NCBI GenBank assembly: GCA_900234795.1
Contig: LT962688.1
Location: 5,430,001 to 5,462,000, forward strand
Direction: 5' to 3'
DNA from: Methylorubrum extorquens
Lineage (GTDB): Bacteria; Pseudomonadota; Alphaproteobacteria; Rhizobiales; Beijerinckiaceae
Length of the DNA stretch: 32,000 nt
A model generated the notes under the pieces. That model saw only the letters and a program-made list of their open reading frames with translations. It ran no database searches and was not told the origin of the DNA. Position 1 is the first letter of the stretch. The number at the start of each line of letters is the position of its first letter. Made by a program: the position numbers and the translations under genes. Of this stretch, positions 9,254 through 17,858 are shown piece after piece.

Positions 9254-10417
9254 ATGGGCAGGATCCCCCTCGTCCGGCTCCAACCTGTCCTGCTCGCTGG
9301 GGCGCTTCTGGTGGGCAGTGGCACCACCCGTGCTGAAACCGGCTCGGTCGAGGCGACCTGCGGCAGCGTTGCCATCGGGGGTACCGCCCTCGGCAACACC
9401 ATCAAGATCAACGGAACCGTCGTCTGCGGCATCCCGCCCGAGAAGCTCGAGGGGCTGATCCAGGGGCTGATCCAGAACAAGACCCGTGACGTGCAGGAGC
9501 TGTCCGAGGCGCGGAAGCAGACGATCGGCCTCTTGGAAAAGGAGTTGGACCTCAACCAGCGCCAGGTCCGGGCCGCCCTGGAGATCGTGGGCGAGGCGAA
9601 TGTCCCGCCCGAGGGGCTTGCGGCCAAGCTCGTCCAGGTCGCCGAGCAGTTCAAGGCCCTGCAGACCAACGCCGCCGCCCAGCCCGGAGACGACCCGCAG
9701 GTCACCGCCCTCAAGGCAGACGCGCAGAAGGCCATCAACGCCTTCGATCTCGGCCAGGCCGACGAGCTGCTGGCCAAGGTGCAGACGGCTCAGGACGTTG
9801 CCGCGGACCGCCTCGCCCTGAAGGCGGCCGAGACCGCCGCCCAGCGCGGCCGCCTAGCCCTAACCCGCTTGCGCTACGATGAAGCCGCCCTCCACTTCGC
9901 TGCCGCCGCAGTCCGGCTACCGAGCGGCCAGGACAACAAACGCCTGGAATACCGGGAGGCGGAGGCTTCGGCTCTGTACCAGCGGGGTGATGAGCGCGGC
10001 GATAACGCTGCCTTGCGAAAGTCTGCCGAGGTCTACCGTACCATCCTGCAGGAGTACACTCGTGACCGGGTGCCCCTCGACTGGGCCAGGATCCAGCACA
10101 ACCTCGGCAGCGCCCTCTGGTCGCTCGGGGAGCGGGAGAGCGGCACGGAGCGCCTTCGGCAGGCTGCCGCCGCCTACAACGCCGCCCTCCAGGAACTCAC
10201 CCGTGAGCGGGTGCCGCTCGACTGGGCCGCGGCCCAGGACAACCTCGGCAGCGCCCTCCAGGTGGGATCGAGCATCCGGATGATTTGGTCGCTGATCTCG
10301 TGGAGGCTCTCGCTCTTCTCGGCTGAGCGGCCTCGGCCCGCCTTGTGTGCCAAAGTTTGGCAAGGTCATCCGGCCCGCTTAACCGGAACCACGAGCCAAC
10401 ATTGCCTCTCGCTGTAG
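9254..10417 (+). CDS. secreted coiled-coil/TPR-repeat protein, probably 3'-truncated near 10260
   Basis: Signal-like MGRIPLVRLQPVLLAGALLVGSGTTRA, then a long Ala/Gln/Lys-rich helical region, then repeats TRDRVPLDWARIQHNLGSALWSLGERESGTERLRQAAAAYNAALQELTRERVPLDWAAAQDNLGSALQ. After about 10260 the repeat stops mid-unit and unrelated sequence runs to the stop at 10417. Confidence 0.65.
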   Translation: MGRIPLVRLQPVLLAGALLVGSGTTRAETGSVEATCGSVAIGGTALGNTIKINGTVVCGIPPEKLEGLIQGLIQNKTRDVQELSEARKQTIGLLEKELDLNQRQVRAALEIVGEANVPPEGLAAKLVQVAEQFKALQTNAAAQPGDDPQVTALKADAQKAINAFDLGQADELLAKVQTAQDVAADRLALKAAETAAQRGRLALTRLRYDEAALHFAAAAVRLPSGQDNKRLEYREAEASALYQRGDERGDNAALRKSAEVYRTILQEYTRDRVPLDWARIQHNLGSALWSLGERESGTERLRQAAAAYNAALQELTRERVPLDWAAAQDNLGSALQVGSSIRMIWSLISWRLSLFSAERPRPALCAKVWQGHPARLTGTTSQHCLSL

Positions 10418-10513
10418 GCGGACATTTGGCTTCGCGCTCATCTCGGACGCTCAGTTGTCTCTTGGGGCTTCTCCGAAGCAGACCTTGCAGCAGCCCAGCT
10501 TGTGGGTTCGATT

Positions 10514-10556
10514 TGCGCCATGAGCCGACCTTGAAGCTACAGGTGCCGAACCGCCG
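10514..10556. repeat. left copy of a 43-nt imperfect inverted repeat (REP/MITE-like)
   Basis: tgcgccatgagccgaccttg...gccgaaccgccg matches the reverse complement of 14873-14915 at 37/43 positions, including a perfect 20-mer. Confidence 0.8.
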
Positions 10557-10745
10557 CTCCCGACCCCGAGCAGCCCTACGAAGCCGTCTGAGAGTTAAGC
10601 CGCTATCAAGGTGTTAGTAGACGTTCGAGGATCTCCCCAAGGGACCCAGTCGAACCGTTCCCCATGGTTGGGCACAAGGAAAGGTTTTGTGCTCGGTGTT
10701 GCTCCCAAACGACGGATTGCGCTGACGATGGCGGTAATATGCGCG

Positions 10746-10913
10746 TGACGGTTCCCCTCGGGGATCAAAAGGGAACGCGGTGAGGGGTAACCCGATGCCG
10801 CGGCTGCCCCCGCAACTGTAAGCGGCGAGCCTTCCGCCACCATGTCACTGGGCAGCCTCGCCCGGGAAGACGGTGAGAGGGCAGCGACCCGCGAGCCAGG
10901 AGACCTGCCGTCA
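10746..10913 (+). promoter_or_regulatory. cobalamin (B12) riboswitch
   Basis: The conserved core is AAAAGGGAACGCGGTGAGGGGTAACCCG...GCGGCTGCCCCCGCAACTGTAAGCGG...CACTGGG...GGGAAGACGG, followed by the B12 box GAGCCAGGAGACCTGCCG. The closing P1 stem is tgacgg (10746-10751) paired with ccgtca (10908-10913). It lies about 140 nt upstream of the receptor ATG. Confidence 0.85.
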
Positions 10914-11050
10914 GTCGTGGTCACACGCGAAACGCGTCGGGCGGGGTGTCCTGGCGGGTGTCGAGGGTCCGCAATTCCTGCGAGGAGGCGGTTACCCGAG
11001 GCCTCGTTCGCGGTGACGTGCCACTGCCGTCGCCCGAGGCTCCACGTTTC

Positions 11051-13276
11051 ATGTCCGATGCTTTCTGCCGCACTCGCTCGCCAAACGAGCGCGCACGTTC
11101 GGCCGCTGCTCTACTCCTGACCACCAGCACCCTCGTTCTTGCCTCGTATCCTCTGGCGGCCCAGGAGCCGGGAGAAGCTGCGGGCAACGGACATGCAGTC
11201 ACGCTGGAAGAACTAACCGTCACCGGTGCAGGATCAGGCACGCGCCTACTTGCACCTGCTCCTTACACTGCGGCGCCCACAGGGCTGAACCTCACCACGC
11301 CAAACCGCAGCGGCAGCCGCCTCAACCTGTCGCCGCTGCAGACGCCGGCCAGCATCGAGGTCATCCCGGGCCAGAAGATCCGCGAACGCGGTCAGGAGAC
11401 CGTGCAGGAGGCGATCACCCAGAACGCGGCCGGCATCACGACTATCGGTGCGCCTGGTAACGGTCTGGGCGCTTACACCTCCCGCGGCTTCGCCGGCGTC
11501 AATTCAGTGATGCAGCTCTATGACGGGACCCGGCTGTACGTCGGGGCCGGCACAATCACCTATCCGTTCGACACCTGGAACGTCGATCGCATCGAAGTGC
11601 TGCGCGGGCCCGCCTCAGTGCTCTACGGAGACGGTGCGATCGGCGGCGTGATCAACGTCGTGCCCAAGAGGCCTGTCGCCGTACCGATCAACGCTGCCCG
11701 GGCCGCGCTGGGCTCGGACGGGGTCAAGCGTCTGGCCTTCGACAGCGGTGGCCCTATCGGCGAGGACGTCTTCTACCGCCTCAACGTCAGCGGCAACCAA
11801 GCGAACGGCTGGCTCAACCAGAACGGCGACTTCGCCAACCTCGCCGTATCGGGTTCAATCCTCTACCAGGCCACTCCGGATCTCGCCTTCACCCTGTCGC
11901 ATGACTACGGCTATCAAGAGCCTCTGCGATACTTCGGGACACCGCTGATCGGCGGCAGGATCGATCCGCGCCTGCGCTTCCAGAACTACAACGTCGACGA
12001 TAGCAGGATCGTGTTCCAAGACAACTGGACACAGTTTAGGACGGAGTGGACGCCGACCGCCGACATCACCATCCGCAACACCTCCTACCGGCTGCTCTCG
12101 GATCGTCACTGGCGCAACGTCGAGAGCTACGCCTTCGTGCCTGCGACAGGACTTGTCCGACGCACCTCGCCGATCGAGATCTTCCACAATCAGGAGCAGA
12201 TCGGGAACCGGTTTGATGCCGCTTTCCGGGGCACCCTGTTCGGCTTCCGCAATGAGTTTGTTGCGGGCTTCGATGTCAATCACATCACGTTCCGACATAC
12301 GAACAACTCGCCCTATCGCGGCGAGAGCAGTATCAATCCGTTCCTGTTCAGTCCCGGCCTGTTTTCTAGCCCCGACGCAACCACGCCGGGATATGCGACC
12401 ACCTCCGACCAGTACTCGCTCTTCGCGGAGAACCGGCTTGTCCTGACCGATGAGCTCTCTCTGATCGCAGGCGTGCGCTACGATGCACCGACAGTCCGCC
12501 AGCAGACTTTGCGGGCGCCCTTGTCCGGGTTCACGAAGGATTTCAGTGCCGTTAGCTACCGCTTCGGAGCGGTCTACAATCCGACCCCCGACAGCTCGCT
12601 CTACGTGAGCTACGCCACGGCCGTCGATCCGGTGAACTCGCTGATCACGCTCTCCCTCGCGCAGAAGGATTTCGAGCTCTCGACCGGCGAACAGATCGAG
12701 GTCGGGTACAAGCAGGTCTTCTGGGGCGGGCGGGGAGAGTTCACGCTGGCCGGCTACCGGATCACGAAGGACAACCTGCTGACGGTCGACCCGCTGCGGC
12801 CGACGGTGTCGATCCAAGTCGGCAGCCAATCCTCGCACGGCGTCGAGGCGTTCGCCTCGCTCGGGCTCTGGGAGAACTGGCGCATCGAGGGGAACGTGGC
12901 GTTGCTGCACGCCCAGTACGACAACTTCCAGCAATCCGCAGGTGGCGTGGCCGTCAACTACGCCGGCAACCAGCCGATCTCGGTGCCTGAGCGGGTGGCC
13001 AACCTGTGGCTGTCCTGGGCCTTTGCGCCGCATTGGGAGGCCCGGGTGGGTGTGCAGTTTGTGGGGGAGACCTTCAGCGACTTTGCCAACACGGTGCGTC
13101 GACCCTCCTATGAGGTGGTAAACGGTAGCGTCGATTATCGCGTGACCGACAACTCCCGCTTCAGCGTGCGAGTCTACAACCTGCTTGATGAGATCTACCC
13201 CGTGACCGGCAGCGCCAACACGTGGTTGCTGGGGCGGCCGCGCTCGGTCGAGGTGGCCTACAACATCGCGTTCTGA
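11051..13276 (+). CDS. TonB-dependent outer-membrane receptor (siderophore-receptor-like, 741 aa)
   Basis: It has a signal peptide MSDAFCRTRSPNERARSAAALLLTTSTLVLASYPLAAQ and a plug region ASIEVIPGQKIRERGQETVQEAI...VDRIEVLRGPASVLYGDGAIGGVINVVPKRP. The beta-barrel ends in the aromatic C-terminus ...VEVAYNIAF. ATG at 11051 is preferred to the riboswitch-overlapping extension from 10946. Confidence 0.85.
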   Translation: MSDAFCRTRSPNERARSAAALLLTTSTLVLASYPLAAQEPGEAAGNGHAVTLEELTVTGAGSGTRLLAPAPYTAAPTGLNLTTPNRSGSRLNLSPLQTPASIEVIPGQKIRERGQETVQEAITQNAAGITTIGAPGNGLGAYTSRGFAGVNSVMQLYDGTRLYVGAGTITYPFDTWNVDRIEVLRGPASVLYGDGAIGGVINVVPKRPVAVPINAARAALGSDGVKRLAFDSGGPIGEDVFYRLNVSGNQANGWLNQNGDFANLAVSGSILYQATPDLAFTLSHDYGYQEPLRYFGTPLIGGRIDPRLRFQNYNVDDSRIVFQDNWTQFRTEWTPTADITIRNTSYRLLSDRHWRNVESYAFVPATGLVRRTSPIEIFHNQEQIGNRFDAAFRGTLFGFRNEFVAGFDVNHITFRHTNNSPYRGESSINPFLFSPGLFSSPDATTPGYATTSDQYSLFAENRLVLTDELSLIAGVRYDAPTVRQQTLRAPLSGFTKDFSAVSYRFGAVYNPTPDSSLYVSYATAVDPVNSLITLSLAQKDFELSTGEQIEVGYKQVFWGGRGEFTLAGYRITKDNLLTVDPLRPTVSIQVGSQSSHGVEAFASLGLWENWRIEGNVALLHAQYDNFQQSAGGVAVNYAGNQPISVPERVANLWLSWAFAPHWEARVGVQFVGETFSDFANTVRRPSYEVVNGSVDYRVTDNSRFSVRVYNLLDEIYPVTGSANTWLLGRPRSVEVAYNIAF

Positions 13277-13279
13277 GCC

Positions 13280-14718
13280 GTGGCCAAGCTCCTGAAGATC
13301 CTGAAGCGGTGGCTGTATCTCGGCCACCGCTGGCTTGGAATCGTGACCTGCCTACTCTTCGCGATCTGGTTCATGTCCGGCGTCGTGATGATGTATGTCG
13401 GCTTCCCTGCGCTGAGCGATGCGGAGCGTCGTGCCGGGCTCCAGCCTCTGCGCTGGGACGGAGTTCAGGTTAGTCCATCCGATGCTCTGGCTGCGGCGGG
13501 TCAGCCTCGGTTTCCCAAGACCTTCGCCTCCAGATGCTCGGCACGGAGCCAGTCTACCGAGTCACAGCCTGGAACGGGGCGCGAACCGCCGTTTCCGCAC
13601 AGAGCGGACGCATCATCGACAACGTCGGCGGGGAGCAGGCACTCGCAGTTGCTGCCCAGGATCCGCGTGCCGTACGGCCGTCCATCATCGACGAGGTCAC
13701 GCGCGATCAGTGGTCGGTCACCGCGCGCTATGATTCCCTGAGACCGTTCCACCTGATCGCTTTGGAAGATCCGGCAGGAACACATCTCTACGTCTCGGCT
13801 CGGACAGGCGAGGTCGCCCTCGACACCAGCCGCACCGAGCGCGTGTGGAACTGGCTCGGAGCGATCCCGCACTGGATCTACCTGACGCCACTGAGAGCGC
13901 AGGCCGAGTTGTGGCGCGAGGTCGTGCTCTGGGTGTCCGGCATCAGCATCGTCACGGCAATGACTGGGTTCTGGATCGGCGTTCTGCGGTTGCGGCTGAA
14001 GAACCGCTATCGCTTGGGCCGGGTCACACCCTACCGGGGCTGGCCTGCCTGGCATCACCTTGCGGGCGTGATCGGTGGAGTGACGCTGATCACCTTCGTC
14101 GTAAGCGGCTGGCTGTCCATGAATCCCAACCGTTGGTTCAGTTCGCGAGCTGTCTCACAAGCCAAGCTGGAACGTTATGCGGGTACGACTGAGTCAAGCT
14201 TTGCACTTGCTGTTCAAGACCTGAAAGCAGTTACTTGCGCCCCCGCGGTAGAGCTTCGCCTATACCACATCGTCGGGCGGCCACAGGTGACACCGCTCTG
14301 TCGTGACGGCGATCAGAACTCCTGCTGCAGAGATGCACCCGTGCCGCGCGAGCGGTTGCTCACGGCCGCTCGGCAGCTCCTGCAGGACGCGCCGATTACG
14401 CGCACAACGCTTTTGGAGGCTGAGGACGCCTACTGGTACTCGCACCACCAGACGCGGCAACTTCCAGTGCTGCGCGTGGAGTTCGCGGATCCCGAGAGCA
14501 CTTGGCTCCACATCGATCCGGCGACCGGCGAGGTTCTTGGTGGGCTTGACCACTCAGGCCGCATCCGCCGCTGGCTCTTCAACGGCCTTCACACGCTGGA
14601 CTTCGTCGTGTTGCTGGCGCGGCGGCCTGCCTGGGATGTCGTGGTATGGCTTCTCTCTACAGCTGGACTGATCATCTCGCTGTCGGGCATCGTGCTCGGA
14701 TGGCGTCGCTTGCGCTGA
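13280..14718 (+). pseudogene. PepSY-domain transmembrane protein (PiuB-like), frame broken near 13505-13535
   Basis: The N-terminal part (GTG at 13280) reads MAKLLKILKRWLYLGHRWLGIVTCLLFAIWFMSGVVMMYVGFPALSDAERRAGL...AAAGQPRFPK. The rest, DLRLQMLGTEPVYRVTAWNG...WNWLGAIPHWIYLTPLR...RRWLFNGLHTLDF...LSGIVLGWRRLR, is in the -1 frame (tracked ORF 13534-14718). Confidence 0.8.
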
Positions 14719-14872
14719 AGGTGCGAGCACCTTTGGCAACCGTGATCGCTGGTCATCGACTGTCTGCTATCGACGGCAAAGCCAACCCTTGCTGCAGCAA
14801 GGTACAAGGCCTGCTTTCGACCCCAAGCGGACGTCAGAGACGCACCAACGAAGGTCACCTTAGAGTCGAGAT

Positions 14873-14915
14873 CGGCGGTTCGGCTCCTGCCGGCCCAAGG
14901 TCGGCTCATGGCGCA
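14873..14915. repeat. right copy of the 43-nt imperfect inverted repeat
   Basis: It is the reverse complement of 10514-10556 (37/43). It partly overlaps a 9-bp stem/4-nt loop hairpin, cgcacagct-gaca-agctgtgcg, at 14912-14933. Confidence 0.8.
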
Positions 14916-15293
14916 CAGCTGACAAGCTGTGCGTGAACTCTTGACCCATGGCAGCTGCTGCCATTGCAGTCTGGGATGCGGTGTGGGCCATGGAGCCAGC
15001 CCTTCCCGGTCTCACAGCCGTTCTCAACGATTTCCGAAGTCGCTGAATACGACCGGGCGATCGGGCGCGTCTGAGGTGATGGCACTGGCCCGAGCGTCGG
15101 TCTTGCCCGACGTTGCATCCTCGGCAGACTCGGATACGGCCTTGCATCTGGCAGTTCGTAACGAATCTCAGAAAGCCGCCCCACACCTGACGCAGCCTGG
15201 TCGTACCCGCTGTCTCCAGGCCGGCCGGTGGAACCAGTTGCTCGCATCCTGAAGAGGCCATTGATGGAAATCGAACGGACGCGTGCGTCGGGC

Positions 15294-17564
15294 TCACTTC
15301 AGAGGCAGGTCGATCGTGCAGCGTAGCTCTGCATCGCTCAGCTCATAGCTGGTCCGAGCTCTCAGAGCGTAGGGTAGCGCCTGCTCGATGAGTTTTCGGC
15401 CATAGCCGTTACGCCTCTCCGGCGCAGGGCTAATGCCTTCCTCAAGCCAGACCAGCGCGAGCCGCGACTTTCCGGTTTCGTCAGTGTAGCTGTCCCAGCT
15501 GACCCAGAGCTCGCCCTGATCATTGGAGAGCGCTCCGTACTTGCGCGCGTTGGTGGCCAGTTCATGGATGGCGAGCGCAAGCGTCTGCACGTCCCCCTTG
15601 CGCAGGGACACGGTCGGACCTTCCAGGGCGACTCGTCCTTGCATCACAGCGGGTCCGAGTGCATCGAATTCTGCCTGGATCAGCGTCCGGATGGTCACCG
15701 GCGTCTGATCCGAGCGCGAGAGCAAGCTCTGGACGCGCGAGAGCGCGGCGAGGCGGTCGTTGAACTGCGCGCGAAAGCGCTCGGTCGGCCCGGTTTGCGC
15801 CATCGTCTCCTGCGCGATCGAGCGGACCACGGTCAACAAGTTACGCGTCCGGTGCTGCAGTTCATCAACCATCACCGCCTGTCGCTCCTGAAGCTTGCGC
15901 AGGTCGTCGATGTCGGTAACCGCTCCGTAGCACTGAGCGATCTGCCCAGCCTCGTCGTGGATTGGTCCAGCCCGCACGAGGAACCAGCGGTAGGAGCCAT
16001 CCCGCCGCCGGATGCGGTACTCGTGGCTGAAGATCTTTCCGTGCTCCACGACCGAGAAGAAGCGCGCCATGGTGGGCTCGCGATCTTCGTGATGAATGGC
16101 CTCATGCCAGCCGTAGCCGAGCGCTTCGACCTCCGATTGCCCGGTGTAGGTGTACCAGCGCTCGCTGAACCATGTGGCGCGGCCCTGCGGATCGCTGCTC
16201 CAGAGGAAATTGGGACCGAGATTGGCAACTGCGCGAAAGCGCTTTTCGCTCTCGCGCAGGGCCTCCTCGGTGAGCTTGCGCGCCGTGACATCGCTCGCCG
16301 TGCCGAGCCACTCCCTCACTTCGCCACACTCATCCATGATCGGAACGGCGCGCGAATACACCCAGCCGAGCGCGCCGTCGGCGCGGTGGACGCGGTGCTC
16401 CCATTCCACTGCGGTCTTCGCCGATGCCGCCTGCGCGATCATGGCTCGCACGGTTGGTTGGTCCTCGGGACGGAGATAGCGATCCATCCAGGCCCCGGTC
16501 TGGACCGGCCTATCGGCCAAGATCCCGCGGTCGCCGAGGCGCTGCAGTTCAGTCCAATCCGCGCTCATGCGGTAGATGGCGTCCGAGCTTGCCGTGACGA
16601 ATGCGCGAAAGCGCTGCTCGCTCTGGCGCAGGGCAGCCTCCGCCTTCTTGCTTTCGGTGACGTCGAGGATCGTTCCTAGGACGCGCAAGGCCACGCGCTG
16701 CGAACCTTCACCGGCGAGCACAGAATGTGCCCGAGCCTGCGTCCACCGCTCAGTGCCGTCGGGGTGGACGAAACGTGCAACGGCCTCGTTCCAGTGGTCG
16801 CCCTGAGGGTCGAGCATGTCCGCGAGCCGTGCCTGCAACAGGCTGCGGTCCTCTGGATGCGCGGCCAGCCAGATCGACGATGCCGGCAGTGCCTCTCCCG
16901 GCGCGACCCCGGTAATTTCGGCTGCGCGCGCGTCCACACCGAAGCTACTGGCGGCAGGGTCATACGTCCACACACCCATGCGCGAGGCATCCAGCGCGAG
17001 CCGTAGGCGTGCCTCGCTCGCGCGAAGGCCTTCAACCGTGCGATCCCGCTCCTGCTCTGCGGCGAGCCGGCCGCTGACGTCAAAGCCCGTGACCTGAACA
17101 CAGGTAACACGGCCACCTTCCTCGCCGATCGGTGTCATGACGAGATCGAAGGCGCGGGGTCGCTCCTTCCCGTTCAGCTCAACCGACTGAGCGTCGATCC
17201 TTACTGCCTCACCCGTGAAGGCACGGTCGTAGAGCGGCTCCATGACTGCGCGCGCTGCTGTGAAGAAAGTTGATGCAGATTGCCCCAGCGCGTGGGGATG
17301 CATCGACCCGAGCATAGCCGCGGTCGCGTCGTTGTAGATCAGGATCCGCCCAGAGCCGCAGACCACGTAGGTAACCAGCGGGTTGGCCAGGGTCATCTCG
17401 ACGGCAAATTTCAGCCGCGATGTCCAACCCGCAATCGGCCCGAGCGATGTCACGGACCAATCGAAGGCGCGGATACGACCCTGATCCGCCCCCAGCGGAG
17501 TGGTCCGCCCTTTAGTATGGCTTTCGAGCCAGGAGGACGGATCGATGTCGAGGAAGCGACCCAA
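15294..17564 (-). CDS. multi-PAS HWE-family sensor histidine kinase, native 5' end replaced by the IS3 end (junction 17481/17482)
   Basis: There are several PAS/PAC units (AFDWSVTSLGPIAGW..., LALDASRMGVWTYD, FRAFVTASSDAIYRMS, FRAVANLGPNFLWSSDP), an H-box VDELQHRTRNLLTVVRSIAQ, HELATNARKYGALS and LVWLEEG. The first 27 codons of the open frame (17482-17564) are IS sequence, with only a TTG start. Confidence 0.85.
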   Translation of the reverse strand: MGRFLDIDPSSWLESHTKGRTTPLGADQGRIRAFDWSVTSLGPIAGWTSRLKFAVEMTLANPLVTYVVCGSGRILIYNDATAAMLGSMHPHALGQSASTFFTAARAVMEPLYDRAFTGEAVRIDAQSVELNGKERPRAFDLVMTPIGEEGGRVTCVQVTGFDVSGRLAAEQERDRTVEGLRASEARLRLALDASRMGVWTYDPAASSFGVDARAAEITGVAPGEALPASSIWLAAHPEDRSLLQARLADMLDPQGDHWNEAVARFVHPDGTERWTQARAHSVLAGEGSQRVALRVLGTILDVTESKKAEAALRQSEQRFRAFVTASSDAIYRMSADWTELQRLGDRGILADRPVQTGAWMDRYLRPEDQPTVRAMIAQAASAKTAVEWEHRVHRADGALGWVYSRAVPIMDECGEVREWLGTASDVTARKLTEEALRESEKRFRAVANLGPNFLWSSDPQGRATWFSERWYTYTGQSEVEALGYGWHEAIHHEDREPTMARFFSVVEHGKIFSHEYRIRRRDGSYRWFLVRAGPIHDEAGQIAQCYGAVTDIDDLRKLQERQAVMVDELQHRTRNLLTVVRSIAQETMAQTGPTERFRAQFNDRLAALSRVQSLLSRSDQTPVTIRTLIQAEFDALGPAVMQGRVALEGPTVSLRKGDVQTLALAIHELATNARKYGALSNDQGELWVSWDSYTDETGKSRLALVWLEEGISPAPERRNGYGRKLIEQALPYALRARTSYELSDAELRCTIDLPLK

Positions 17565-17823
17565 GCCTGAGGAGATTGTCGCGAAGCTGCGCCAAGCCGA
17601 CGTGCTGATCGGTCAAGGTACGAGCGTGGCGGAGGCAATCCGGGCGATCGGCGTGAGCGAGGTTACCTACTACCGCTGGCGTCGTGAGTTCGGCGGGCTG
17701 AAGACCGATCAGGTCCGGCGCATGAAGGACCTGGAGACGGAGAACCAGCGGCTCAGGAAGGCGATTGCAGACCTGACGCTCGACAAGCTCATCCTGCAGG
17801 AGGCGGCACGGGGAAACTTCTGA
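17545..17823 (+). CDS. IS3-family transposase OrfA (HTH)
   Basis: Identical to the copy 1 OrfA. ATG at 17545, preceded by aggagga at 17531-17537. Confidence 0.9.
   Translation: MSRKRPKPEEIVAKLRQADVLIGQGTSVAEAIRAIGVSEVTYYRWRREFGGLKTDQVRRMKDLETENQRLRKAIADLTLDKLILQEAARGNF
17811..17817 (+). promoter_or_regulatory. -1 programmed frameshift heptamer G GGA AAC (copy 2)
   Basis: The orfA codons are cgG GGA AAC ttc tga. After a -1 slip the frame reads GKLLSPARRRACVEHIMLTMNVSERRTCRALGQHRSTQR, running without a stop into orfB. Confidence 0.6.
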
Positions 17824-17858
17824 GCCCCGCGCGCCGACGCGCCTGTGTCGAGCACATC

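Noticed and set aside
10440-10470. tctcggacgctcagttg resembles the Tn3 terminal repeat segment TCTGACGCTCAGTGG.
   Set aside because: It matches only 13 of 15 positions, lacks the terminal GGGG, has no partner repeat, and there is no Tn3-type transposase or resolvase in the window.
14719-14736. The hairpin aggtgc-ga-gcacct followed by ttt, just after the PepSY stop, as an intrinsic terminator.
   Set aside because: The stem is only 4-6 bp with a sterically poor loop and the T tract is only 3 nt. That is too weak to call.
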